This document shows, piece after piece, positions 25,075-38,929 of a DNA stretch of 64,000 nucleotides. Numbering within the stretch: the stretch's first letter is position 1; each line of letters begins with the position of its first letter. The position numbers and the translations under genes are program-made. Source of the stretch: the human T2T-CHM13v2.0 reference genome, Homo sapiens; the NCBI RefSeq assembly GCF_009914755.1, contig NC_060940.1; one strand, given 5' to 3'. The notes under the pieces were generated by a model that was not told the origin of the DNA, ran no database searches, and saw nothing but the letters and a program-made list of their open reading frames with translations.

Positions 25075-25285
25075 TGGCTAACATTTTCTAAACCTTTATC
25101 ATGTTGCAGAGCCAGTTCAAAGCTATTTTGTGTGAACTAACTAACAGTTTTCTCAATGATTGTATGGGGAAGATGCTATTTTCAAGCCCAGTTTATAAAT
25201 TTAAGAAAACTGAGGCAAAGAGAAGTTAAAATAGGAAATATGAAAAAATTATTTAAACCAAGGCAGTCCGGCCCCAAAGCCTCCT
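25075..25285 (-). mobile_element. MIR
   Basis: aagaaaactgaggcaaagagaagttaa...tttaaaccaaggcagtccggcccc. Confidence 0.6.
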
Positions 25286-25371
25286 GTGCCCGTGCACATG
25301 TATGTGAAATATAACCTACATCCAGAAAAGAACATAAAGCATAGATGTACAATTGGACAAAAACTTGATAA

Positions 25372-25779
<408 letters not shown>

Positions 25780-26759
25780 CACCACCACCCCACAGATTCT
25801 TAAACAATAAAATTTGCTTTCTTTGATTTTGAGCTGTATGCATGAAATCATTTAGCACATATTATTTTGTGCCTTGCTGCTTTGGCTTAATGTTGGATTG
25901 TGATATGTTGTTGCATATTTAGTTTGCCGTTGAGTGATATACCTTAATTTATTTACCCATTCTTCAGGCCATTTAGTTTGTTTCCAAATGGGGGCAATTA
26001 TAAAAAAGATGTTGCCATGAACCTTCTTGCATATGTCTCCTAGTGTATGTTGCAGATGTTTTTCTAAGATTCACACCTAGAAGAATTGCCAGGGCAGAAG
26101 GTATGTGTAACTCCACTTGGAATGGATAACATTAAATTGCTTTCTAAGAGCTGGAACTCTTAACCACACTCTCAAATGACCTTACCAAAAGTATGTGTTG
26201 GAGGAATAAATGGATATTTTAAAAAGTGAAATACCAAATACAAGGAGGGGACTGCATTAACTAGTATCAGAGGCTGGGAATCCAAGCATCTGTCTACTGA
26301 AATATGCATCTCCTGGTGGCACACATAGGCTCTGAACCTGGAAATAGCTGAAATCAGCTGCCCTGGAGGATCGTAAGGAACACATCCCGCCCGTCCAGTG
26401 CTCTGCCTGGATGGCACCTGCTGACAAAGCAGAGGGATAGATGTGAGCAGTGATTTGGACTTTATCTCCTGACTAGTTAGTTATATCCTGCCCATATCAG
26501 CACTGAGGAACGGTCACCGGGAGGCGGCATAGAACTCTCTACGCAGCCAGAGCTGTACTGGGTGGTCCTGCCTCAGTTTCCTTTTTGCTTTTCTGGGACC
26601 TTAGGGAACCTGGAATAGTTGCTGTTATCACTATTTTTACAGACAAGGCAAGAGAAGCATGGGGAGATTAAGTCTCCCTGTCAGATCCAGTGTCCTCTTG
26701 GGGACTGCTCCGGTACACACCCCTTCCACCTTTATCCACAATATCCTCGAGTGGACATC

Positions 26760-27990
26760 ACTGGGGTTCCTCTGAATGACTGAGTTGCCTCTTCATTATT
26801 CCGCCCAAGATGTCAGCTAAGGCTGTTTACAAATCCAAGGATTCTCTTGCCAAATATACAGTCTGTTCTCCAAGCTTTCATGTTATAACGAAATGAGTAA
26901 CAAGCAAGACATCTTAATATCCTATTCTGCTAGAAAGTGAGATATTTCCCCTCCCTCGTTCTTAACAGATAAATTAATATCATCAAACATTCTGAAAAGA
27001 TCTTTTATGAAAACATCTCACTTGCCAAAAAAGAAAAGTTGTATTATAAAACTGGAGAAATTTGTTTCAACTTGTTAAAAGCCCTATTCTCAGCCATGAA
27101 TTCGGTTCCCGTTTTTTTTCCCCCTTCAATTAATTTCACACTAATCCATTTCTTTATCAGGCGTTGGAGTGAATGCATGTGGATCGAGTGATGAGGATGA
27201 GGGGGCAATGGAGGTGTTTGGCTCTGTAATTTCATCCTTGAATTTTGTGATTACTAACAGAACAACTTTTTTAATTTGCTCTTTTGTCTGGATTCCCTGG
27301 CTGACAATCTGCTCGGTGAGCTCGGCTTTTTAATCAATCACCTACATAATCAAATGTCACTGGCTATCTGCTCCGTGTAATTACTTTTGCAATTAAAAAT
27401 CAACCTCAAGTTGCCTCATCTAATTAGAGGGATGGGCAGATTTTCATCTAGATTGATTTTTTAATAAATATTGACTTAAAATGCCATAATCTCATCATAT
27501 TCTTTCATTTTCTTTGTACCAAAAATCAAACAAATGGAAGAATTAGCAAGCAGAAGGAATCGAGGGACTTCAAAAGCTTCTGCTGGTTCAGACACACAAA
27601 ACTATGCTGTACAGAAGCCCAGCTTAGCTTGCCTAATAACAACACTCAATAGCTTCCACCTTTTATTGGAAAAAAGAACAAAGCAATTCAATGATTATAT
27701 TTCACACCAACATTGTTGCAAGCCCACCATTCTAAGAGCTCCTAATTTCATTTATTGTACTGCCAAAGACAATCATTTCTATGAATGATATTATTTCCTT
27801 TAAAACAATCCCACACATGCTACTAGAATTTTTTAGCATTATGAGAAAACATATAATGCTTAATGCTGGAACCGCAACCACTGAGTTTTCTTAAACATAT
27901 GAATGCCACTACAGCCAGATAACTTCCTTGTCTTTGCTGCCGTGTGTCTTTTATGTATTGTAATTAAAACATTGTCAATAACACAGTTCG
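26760..27990. promoter_or_regulatory. Candidate highly conserved developmental enhancer
   Basis: 1.2 kb repeat-free. PBX motif ATCAATCA 27333-27340, TGACA/TGTCA at 27302 and 27355, TAATTA 27378 and 27421, SOX-like ACAAT/CATTGT sites at 27710-27975. Confidence 0.6.
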
Positions 27991-28557
27991 TTGCTTTTTG
28001 GTTGTAGTGACTGATGTTGAACATGGAAAATCCACAATCTGGTAAGGGATTACCTACAGGAAAATAACACACTTTGCTTAGAGAACAATTGTCCCAAGAT
28101 GAAATGTAATGGTATCTTGTATGTCTGTTTATTTTTTTTTAATCAAAAAAACCTGTCAGTGACCCTGACAAAATTCTATTTAAACCTCAGCAGATTGGGG
28201 TGATGATGAAGAGGTAATAATATTTCTAGCACCCCTGCTTTATTCTGGCACAAAGAAGATAAGTCTGTCTTCTTGTGCATTCACGGTACAAGGGAGAAAT
28301 AGGGAATTGTCCACATCTGACTGCACAGTTCACTCTAAGAATAGAAAAAAAGGGTTGACCAAGGAAAGCCAAACCTTTAGGTCTTATTGGTGGCAAAACA
28401 AACAGGGGAGTAAGGACTGACTCAAACAAAAGAGCCAAGGACAATAAGAAAGAGAGCAATGATTCCACCCCTGCTGCCCTCCATGAGGCAGAGAAGTTCT
28501 CTGCTAGGGGGATACTTCATCTGCAGTTTCAGCCTTACTACCAACTTGGTGTCCAAA

Positions 28558-28866
28558 TTGTTTTTCCCAAAACGATATGCCATGACCTACTAGTCATATA
28601 AAACACTGCTCCAAAGATAAAGTCTTTGTGGTCAAAGTACTTTCAAAAATGTAACATTCTCTACCTCCTTGCTGGAGAGAAATGATACACATTATCCTAG
28701 CAAGTTTTGGAAAAGCCCTGCCACAACAAAGTCTGTTTGGCCCAGAATTTATCAAATGTATTTGTCCATAGATTATCCTATTTATTGATTTATTTGTTTG
28801 TTTACTGATTTATTTGGGGGTACCAAGTAGAACCATTCTCTTAGTACACACTTGGGGAAACACTGG
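28558..28866. mobile_element. MER103C-like hAT-Charlie element
   Basis: tttcccaaa...gtggtcaaa...aaagccctg...acacacttggggaaacactg. Confidence 0.65.
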
Positions 28867-29022
28867 TAGTCACACTACACAGAGATCTCATTTTTCTGCA
28901 CTATTGGCCCCTCTGGGGGACAAACCTTGTCTTCTGGAATGTGTCGTTGATTATGCTTTCTAGGTGTAAAGTCCTGTCTAGTATGTCTGAGTATGCTTAT
29001 GTGGGTTGCCTATGACCTACAG

Positions 29023-29372
29023 CAGTGGTCCCCAACCTTTTTGGCACAAAGGACTGGTTTTATGGAAGACAATTTTTCCATGGACTGGGGTGGGCAGAAG
29101 GCAGGGAATGACGGCTTCAGGATGAAACTATTCCACCTCAGATCATCAGGCATTAGATTCTCATAAGGAGCATGCAACCTAGATCCCTTGCATGTGGAGT
29201 TCCCAATAGGGTTTGGACTCCTATGAGAATCTGATGCAGCTGCTGATCAGACAGGTGGTGGAGCTCACGTGGTAATCCTCACTCACCTGCTGTTCACCTC
29301 CTGCTGTGCGGCCCAGTTCCTAACAGACCACAGACCAGTAGTGGTTCACAGCCTGGGGACAGGGGACCCCTG
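29023..29372. mobile_element. MER1B hAT-Charlie MITE with perfect 8-bp TSD ACCTACAG
   Basis: Termini cagtggtccccaac and ggggacccctg. acctacag at 29015-29022 and 29373-29380. Confidence 0.92.
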
Positions 29373-29599
29373 ACCTACAGGATATGAGGATGGCAGTGGG
29401 GATTCTGGGCTTGTAGTAACTAGGTGTTGTCTATGGTTCTTGCCAGAGGGAAATTCTGCAAGTATCTGCTCTGTCATCATAGAGCATAATGCAGGTTGAA
29501 AGAGTTTCATGGGTACTCCCTGCTGTGTGGAAGAGGGACAAAACTCTACCAAGAGTTTGAGGAATGAATAGAAAGAGGAAAGGAGAAGGGATGACAGTG

Positions 29600-29870
29600 A
29601 TACTAGTTGACATTTCTTGAACATTTACTATGTGGCAGGCACTGTGCTGAATGTTCTACCTGCCTTTTTCTTTTAACCATCGTAATTGTGCTAGGGAGCA
29701 GGTACTGTTTGCAGTTTGCAGTATTATCATCATCCCCATTAAACAGATGAGAAAACTGAGGCTTCAAGCAGTGAAGTGATTATGAAAGGTCACACAGTTG
29801 GGAATTAGGAGAGTTAAGTCCCACACCCATGTCTGAAAGACAACAAACACTTTGAGTTTTGAACCATTTC
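29600..29870 (-). mobile_element. MIR
   Basis: catccccattaaacagatgagaaaactgaggct...aaggtcacacag. Confidence 0.8.
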
Positions 29871-29964
29871 TTCTAAGAATAAGATGACACAAGAGGTAGG
29901 AGCTGCTGACATGGGGGAGAGGGATTGTGCTGTTGTGGAAGAAATAAGCATTGGGGGCAGGTAT

Positions 29965-30484
29965 ATGACTTGTCTCTTGTCACAATAATTCTATGTTATG
30001 ACCCACTCCAAAACTCAGTGGCTTAAGCAATAAGCATGTCTTTAGCTCCTGAATCTGCAGTTTGACTATGGGATTCTGGTCGTGGCTGGCCTAACTCATG
30101 AGTCTGTGGTCAAGCGCAGTTTGTCAGGGGGGCTCTTGCTGATCTTGGTTGGCAGGTTTGGCTAGAGAACTCTGCTGATCTTGGCTGGCACTCTCCCATG
30201 CTTCAGGATCATGGCTGTTGGTCTAGGATGGCCTTGGCTTGGACAACTGGAGCAACTCAGCTCTGTGCCATAAAACTCATCTTCCATCAGGTTGGCCTGA
30301 GTGTCTTCTTATGGAAAAGGCAGGGGGGCAAGAGAGGAAGTGGAAATGTATGAGCACATTTCACTTGCTGGATGTTTGCCAACATCTTGTTGACCAAAGC
30401 AAGTCACACGACCAAGCCCAGAATCAAAGGATGGGCACTGCCAAGTTACATAGCAAAGGGCATGAAGGTGAAGAATCTATCACA
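29965..30484 (-). mobile_element. MLT1 (H-like) LTR
   Basis: ccaaaactcagtggcttaagcaataagcat...ttgaccaaagcaagtcacacgaccaagcccagaatcaa. Confidence 0.75.
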
Positions 30485-30895
30485 GTGGGAAGTGTTCTGA
30501 TTGGTAAATCTAAGCCACAATTTACCCGGACTCACCTCATCAGACCACTTGTGACACAGGATGGCTCATTTATGCCATACCAAGGACCTAGCCCTGTCCT
30601 TCTTCCTGGATAATCGTGAGGCAGGTCATCATGTACTAATGGGTGATAGACTCCTTCTTCCAGAAAGACTAGCCAGCAGCTGGAGCTTCCCCATTCGAGG
30701 ATACTTCATACAACCCCTCTCAGAGAAAGCCAGACAGGAGGGTTCATGCACAAAGGGGCATCTTTGGAGGTGGTCTCAGGCTCTAGAAACCTGCTTTTCC
30801 CCCGGTCCTCTGTGTCACTGGCAGAGCCCTGAATCTGAGTTTCCATAATAGGCCTGCTCAGAAGCCAGAGTGAAGTTTTATCAACACACAAAGCC

Positions 30896-31455
30896 TAGGG
30901 CAAAAACTCAGATACCAGCAGGAGCACTGAATAAATGAAGCTGAATTCTTTCAACACAGGTACCCTTTTATTTATATAAAATACACATAAATATTCTTTA
31001 ATTCAACACAGAAATATGCTCTACTATTTTTCTTAAAAGGTGGTGCTCTCTTCATCTAGATTTTTTTCTCACTTTTGTTGCATTGTGATTACAGAGGTGT
31101 ATTTTCTCTATGCTTAGAAAAAACGCTAATCAGCAATGCAAACATAAGGATAAATGACCATTTATAGTTGGCCCTGGTGTGGGGTATGTGGTAAGGAGTG
31201 GTGAAGATTGTGGAGAACTGAAAAGCACTCAATGCATATAAACCACGAGTCTGCTTCTTAGCTCCAGCCACCTCTGGCTGGGTAGGAATGTAGGTGCCAT
31301 CTGTCACAACTTTATTTTGAAAAGAAGCTAGAAATCTGGATTTTTGATGTAAGCTCTTAAATAGTGGCTCTCTGCTTAAGAAAGTAATATGCAGATGAGA
31401 GGAAGCACATCTGTGGACCAGATCCAGCCTATGGGCCATTGGTTTTCAATCTTTG
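30896..31455. mobile_element. MER102-like hAT-Charlie element
   Basis: gtggtgaagattgtggagaactg...gctccagcc...aagctagaaatctggattttt...cacatctgtggaccagatccagcc. Confidence 0.65.
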
Positions 31456-31699
31456 GTCAAGGCTAATGACTGCATTGCACAGATGGGGAAACTGAGGCCC
31501 ATAAATGGAAAGAGACTTGCTTGAGGTCACAAACAGTCCATTTCAGAGATGTAATTAGAGTCAAACTCATTCATATGCCTCAGGGTTTGACCACAACTAC
31601 TTTCCTAGCCTCAGTTTCTGGTGGCTGTATCTCCTCAGTCACCCAAGTACCCCACAAACTGGCCTCACCTGACTGACTTCTTACTGTTTGGTCAGACTG

Positions 31700-31962
31700 T
31701 TCTCTCTGCTGAAATGTCCTCCCAGGCTCAGGTCAAATGTCAGCAGCTCTTGGAGACCTCCCCCATTTCTTCAGGTGAAATTAGTCTCTCTTATGTATTG
31801 GGATTATAGCATTTCTTGCTCTGGGTTTTAATGTTTTAGTCATTTATTTGTTGATCCTAGTCTGAGCTTCTGGAAAGCAAGGACCCTGGGAATTTTATCT
31901 GAGGAATCCTAGAGCCTAGTTCAGTATCTGACAGATAACAGGTGCTCAATAAATGCTTGTGT
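31700..31962 (+). mobile_element. L2 3' end
   Basis: ctgagcttctggaaagcaaggacc...ggtgctcaataaatgcttg. Confidence 0.7.
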
Positions 31963-32108
31963 AACAAATAGAGACATAAGCAAGAGGATAATGAACAGAG
32001 TATGTGAATGAAAAAAACCAGACTTTGTTCACCCAGCCTGCGTTCTTCACCACATACATTATCATCAGGATTTTTTGCAAAAGAAAAAAAAATGAGGTAG
32101 AAATATGA

Positions 32109-32398
<290 letters not shown>

Positions 32399-32512
32399 AG
32401 AAAGAAGGAAAGAAGGAAAAAAAGAAGGGAGAAAGGAAGGAAGGGAGGGAGGGAGGGAGGATGGAAGGAAGGAAGGAAGGAAGGAAGGAAGGAAGGAAGG
32501 AAGGAGGGAAAG
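32399..32512 (+). repeat. Purine-rich (GGAA)n microsatellite grown from the Alu tail
   Basis: 10 consecutive GGAA at 32463-32502. Confidence 0.95.
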
Positions 32513-32529
32513 AAAATATGAAAAGGTAG

Positions 32530-32777
32530 AGCAGAGAGGCTGGGACAACAACAGTCCTGGTGTCAAATACTGACTGTCATTTACAGACTGCATGATCCCT
32601 GCCTGATGACATATTTAACATTGAAGCCCAAGTATTCTTGTCTGTAAAATGGGTTCATAACAGCACCAACATCAAATGGGCTGCAAGGATCAGATGAGGT
32701 AATGCGCATAAGTCACTTAGCACAGTGCCTGGCAGATAGTAGGTATTCACTAAATGCTAGTTAATATTATTATTATT
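32530..32777 (+). mobile_element. MIR
   Basis: tctgtaaaatggg...cacttagcacagtgcctggcagatagtaggt. Confidence 0.8.
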
Positions 32778-33199
32778 GGAAAGATAAACTAAATGCCTCT
32801 TTTCTCCTTCAGTAGTTCCCAGCCTCTTCTTCATCCCCCCCAAAGATAAACAAACAAAACAGCAACAGCAGACAGGTAGAATTCAGAAGCTAGCACAGCA
32901 CTGTGATGGGAACCCAGGGTTTTGGGCTTCCAGCCCAGCCTTCTGCCGTCTTATCTTTCTCCTCCCTACTCTGTTGCTTTGAAGTAAGACTCTCTGTAAA
33001 ATCAGCATTTTCTTCAGCAAGCGGGGACATAGAGAAACGCAGCCATGGTTTGCTCAATGGAGCTTTTCCCGTCCCAGTAAACACGTCCCTGAGAGTACCT
33101 GAACCAACACGCAATATCAGTGCCGGCCTGAGGATTAGCAGGCAGAAGGGGCCGCAGGAGTGGGATCCCTTATATGTTTTCATCTCTCTCCTCTCCAGG

Positions 33200-34150
33200 A
33201 AAACAAACAGCTTCTGCAGACTCTCAATTGTCCATTATGGTAAAGTCTGTGATCATCGTAGGAAGCCAGCCAGCCCCTCAGCCATGTGCTTCTGGGATAT
33301 GCTCTTACAAACCGACACCTATAATTTATGTCTCGGATCCAGTCAGAAAAAGAAACGTTCTCTTTCCAAATTCAATTATGGTCCTCATAATAATTAATAA
33401 CAATAATAGTTGTTGCTGTTCTCATTTGAGTATTATATACTATAAGGCAACCCCCCAAGTTTAATTTATGACCAAATAAATGGGCTGATGGAGAGGAATG
33501 GCCCTGCATTTTTCAGTATAATATTTTGTTGCATTTGCATTTGGAGGAGGATTTGTGGTGAGCTGGAGGATTAAATCCCATGAAATCATTATACAAATTT
33601 CAAAATGTCAAGTACTCTGATAGAGATTATGATTTTATCTTCTTATTTTGACAGGAAACCGTGTGTGGCCACCTCTGTCTTAGAACAAGTGATGAAGGGA
33701 GGCCAGGGGAGACCAAATAAAGATAGAGGAGCTTGCGAGTTTCCTGATCAGCTGTCTTTTCATTCTGCTCGCTTGTATGACAGAGCGTAATAGACATTTT
33801 CCTTTGCACAAAATAATAAGAGCAGTACTTATCGCGCGGTGCCTCCAGCCAGTGGCAAAAGGAAATTAGAAAAGTCCAATGAAGCTGAGAAGTAATTAAT
33901 CATCATACAGTGGAGCCTGTCAAATCAGAAGGGTCCTTCCAGCTGATAATGCTCCCCAACTCAATTTAGACTGATAGAAATTAGAATTCTTTTTTTCCTC
34001 TGGCAAAAACAAAAAGACAAGAGTTAGCACAAACACGGCCAACTGTTGGCTTTCTTGACTGCCTGACCCATTTACAGCAATGTTTGCATCAAGTTTAACT
34101 CAAGCCAAAATTGAAGCAACATCATTTACTCCTCAAGGCAATGGGAAATC
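33200..34150. promoter_or_regulatory. Candidate conserved non-coding/enhancer island
   Basis: TTTATGAC 33465, TGACAG 33649 and 33778, ATTAATCA 33895-33902, CTGTCA 33917. Repeat-free. Confidence 0.45.
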
Positions 34151-34876
34151 ATCACTATGCTGTTTTAAGACTCCCCCTCCAACCACCACCGCCCTTTCTT
34201 CTCCCCTTTACCCACACGAATAGCCATGGCTGCATAAGAAAAATTAAAGGTTGGTTCTATTGATCAGGTTGGCTACTCTCTCCATAGAGTTGTGGGAGGG
34301 CAGCATTTAACAAGGCCTGTAATGAGTCTGGACTCTTTGGAGATCAAGTGAAATAAATAAAATGGGTTCAATAGGAGCCACAGAGGGCTTTTGGCAGAGG
34401 GAAGTAGGATAACAAGCTGCTGTCAGATTTTTGAGTCTTGTGGCAGGCACCAGGGTGCAGGGAGGAGGGGAAGATGGCACCCCCTCAAGGAAAGACATCT
34501 GCTTGTTGGAACAGCCTATGTTGCTGATAGCATAGTCCAGTGCCTCCCTGCCCCTACTCACCACGACCTCCAATTTGGGTCTTGCCACGCTGTAAAGGCC
34601 AAGTTAATATTGTTATTGATTCCTCTAGGTACCCCTGAAGGTAGGGCCTCATACAGGCTAGGGCAGGGATCTTGAACTCAGACATGCACAGGGAGCAGGA
34701 AGGAAAGAAAATGAATGAAGCTGGCAGACAATGGGCAATAGGGAATGGTGGGGTCTGGGCTAGTTGGAGCTTGCATATCTTTCCTAAGGGGGGCAGCTTC
34801 TAGTCCATTCTTGGCAGTCATTGCTGGCGGGCAATTCATAAGGTATATTTCCAGGGCTTCTGATTTGCCATGATAA

Positions 34877-35203
<327 letters not shown>

Positions 35204-35220
35204 TAAATGCAGGCAACTAA

Positions 35221-35378
35221 TTTTTTTTCTGAGACAGGTTCTTACTCTGTCACCCAGACTAAAGTGCAATGGTGTGATCATGGCTCACTGCAGCCTCCTT
35301 ATTCCTGGGCTCAAGTGATCCTCCTGCCTCAGCCTCCCATGTAGCTGGAATGACAGGCATGAACCACTGTGTCCAGCC
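35221..35378 (-). mobile_element. Alu monomer (FRAM/AluJ right-arm-like)
   Basis: gagacaggttcttactctgtcaccc...gatcatggctcactgcagcctc...ctcaagtgatcctcc. Confidence 0.8.
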
Positions 35379-35469
35379 CTAAAGAAATATTTTGAAGTAT
35401 GTGGGCATATCCATCATCGCCTACCATTTGTGGCTGGTCCCTAGAAAGGTGTGGGCCCTTAGCAGACAG

Positions 35470-35690
35470 TGTATTTCAAACAAGCCATTGGGTCCTAAAG
35501 ACCAGTGTTTGAACTCTGGATCTACCCTAGTTAGTTGTGTAATCCAAAGCAAGGGACTTAACTCCTTGGTGTCTCAGTTTCCTCCTCTGTAGAAGGTAGG
35601 TAATATTTAGCATCTACCTTATAAGCTGGTTAAAAATGCAGAGTACTCACTGCAGTGCCTGGCATACGATAAGTATTCAACAAAGGGCAC
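35470..35690 (+). mobile_element. MIR
   Basis: gtctcagtttcctcctctgtagaagg...cagtgcctggcatacgataagtattcaa. Confidence 0.75.
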
Positions 35691-35826
35691 TGGTGAATTG
35701 AATCATCACACTGCATCAATCAAAGTGCATCTATTTAGACAATCTTGCCTGCCTGCCCTCTCTTTTTAGAACTCACACATCTATCTTTCTCAGCTCCTTA
35801 CTGGGAATTTACTATTAAGACACCTA

Positions 35827-36123
<297 letters not shown>

Positions 36124-36341
36124 TACAACTAGCAACTTCCTTCCATGGGAGAGGCAAACTAGAAACTCATCAAATTGTAAGAATTACAGAACTTCAGACT
36201 GCAATTATGCTGCTCAAAGCAAACACATTCTTACATAGAAAACGAAATTGTCACCTCCCTCAAGCTAATATGGCTGCCTACTTAGTTGCCTGGTCCTGCT
36301 TATCATTTGATGGATGTGGGTACAAACGAAGTTAGGGGACA

Positions 36342-36947
<606 letters not shown>

Positions 36948-37041
36948 AAGTGACGGGACAATCTGGGGGCTTGGAGGGAGGTAATCTCTTATAAGCGGTA
37001 TTTCTCCATGGGTCTTGTATTCAAAAGGTCTCAGGGATTCC

Positions 37042-37044
<3 letters not shown>

Positions 37045-37074
<30 letters not shown>
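37045..37074. repeat. Poly(T)30 tract with no attached Alu/L1 body
   Basis: Direct read. Confidence 0.95.
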
Positions 37075-37079
<5 letters not shown>

Positions 37080-37109
37080 CCCCATATCTGATAGCAGAGA
37101 AACAATCAC

Positions 37110-37350
37110 AGCAGTGACACCTGTGCTGGCAGACAACCACAGCCATGTCTTCTACGCAACGTCTTCTACTTTCGTTACCTTTAATCCTGACAACAAACAC
37201 TGCATGGTTAAGTATTGTCATTTCTTTTTCACAGGTGAAGAAATGAAGACTCAGAGCGGTAGAATACCTTGCTGATGGCCACACAGCCAGAAGGCAGCAG
37301 AACTGGGTTTTATGTTGAAGACTCAGGTTACATCTGCTATTCAACATTGC
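37110..37350 (-). mobile_element. MIR
   Basis: tttcacaggtgaagaaatgaagactcagagcggt...ggccacacagccagaagg. Confidence 0.7.
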
Positions 37351-37407
37351 AAAGCTCACCCTGGTTTCCGTTTCTCCTCTCTCTTGATGTTTTTCTTTGA
37401 CTCTCTT

Positions 37408-37480
37408 GCTCATTCATTCACTCATTCATTCAACAAATGTTTATGGAGTGCCTACTATGTGCCTGATACCTCTTTAGGGT
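37408..37480 (-). mobile_element. L2 3' terminus
   Basis: cattcattcactcattcattcaacaaatgtttatggagtgcctactatgtgcc. Confidence 0.8.
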
Positions 37481-38339
37481 GTCTTAATGTCGTTTCCAGC
37501 AACAGTGACTGTGGGGCCTGAGAGAAGGAAAGATGGCGGCCAGCGCTTCCAGTTCCATTTGAGGCAATTCCTAGAGAAGAAAGGGCACCAAAGAGTCTGG
37601 AGAGGGTGCTCTCTCTTCTGTCCCCTGGCATCCTGGGGAAGCCACTTCTGCTGACACTGGCTCCCTGAGAAACAGGCAGGGGGCTTTCCTCTAGCACAAC
37701 AGATGGTGAGGGGAAGCAGAGTCCCAAAACTGGCCTCAGGGGAAAGACAAAATCCATCCAAACTGTCCTGGGCCTGCTGGAACGCCCCATGGTGGGCTCA
37801 GAACAGGAAGGGAGGAAGACCTCAGGGGCCTATTTCCTGCCGGCCACAGCCAAGTGGTTGAGTAGTTGCATGGGTTCCGGTGCTCTTTCCCCAGGGATAT
37901 GGCATGGCCAGGAGGCAGCTGCATTCCCTTTCAGTGAGGTGTCCCTGAGCACAAAAACCTCCCATGTGCAAGCCTCTGCACTGGGCTCGATATGACCAGC
38001 CTAATCACAGCATATCTCTACATTTGAAATGTTGCCACCAGATAGGCTCTGCCATCCTTTGAATGCTAGGGGATTGAAGTGCAAAGGAGACACTGTGCCA
38101 GGCAGCACTGTCAGCCTGGCACCTGGGAGTGAAGCGTAGTAGCACCCACTGTCTTCTCTTCTTTGTCCTCAAGGGAATGAGGGCTGCCAGGCACAATGGT
38201 AGGAAATCCACACTTCAGAGGGCCTTGTCCTGGTCATGGAGGCATTTGTCCAAGGCCACACAGTGGAGAATAGCTCTTTCAGAGACCACTGGTATTCCAG
38301 CCAAACAACCCACAAAGCTTCCTGCATGTTAATAATCAA

Positions 38340-38605
38340 ATAATAATAATAGTGCTGGCCAGGACTTAATGGGTACCGCGTGCCAAGCTCTGCTCTAAGT
38401 CCTTTACATATATATTTCATTTAATTCTCACAACAAATTTGTGGGGTGGGTGCTATTATTATCTCCCTTTTTACTGATGAGAAAACTGAGGCACAGAGAG
38501 GTTATTTAGATGGCCTAGGGTCACACAGCTAGGAGCCACACCACCAGAATTCAAACCCCGCCATCTGGCTCTGTATCTGTGTTCTCTGGCACCATGCTGT
38601 ACTCT
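38340..38605 (-). mobile_element. MIR (near full length)
   Basis: catttaattctcacaac...gatgagaaaactgaggcacagagaggtt...ggtcacacagctagg. Confidence 0.85.
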
Positions 38606-38929
38606 TTCTTGATCCATGAACTTGAGATGTCTACATAAAAAATAGAGCCAATTGATTTTCTTTTTATTATCTGGAAATGGCAGAAGGAAAGAAGGGAAGC
38701 AGGGAAGGAAAGCAAGATAAAGGGAGGAGAAATTGAAAGAGGATAGAGGAAGAAAGAGGAGATGCAGAGAGCGAGAAAGAAATAATGAGGCGAGATGGAG
38801 GAACTGGCATGCCTGAAAGTGAACCACACTCCAGGCTGCTGCTGAAATCTACATTTTCTCCTGGTTTATTTACAGATTGGGTGTTAGAGCCTAATAAACG
38901 GGAGGATTTTTAAAAGGTCCTCAGGATAG

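Noticed and set aside
30135-30190. Direct repeat tgctgatcttgg(t/c)tggca
   Set aside because: Lies within an MLT1 LTR and is probably intrinsic to that element
32903-33397. Longest ORF (164 aa)
   Set aside because: No recognisable domain or coding-like composition and no supporting exon structure. A length like this can arise by chance in 64 kb
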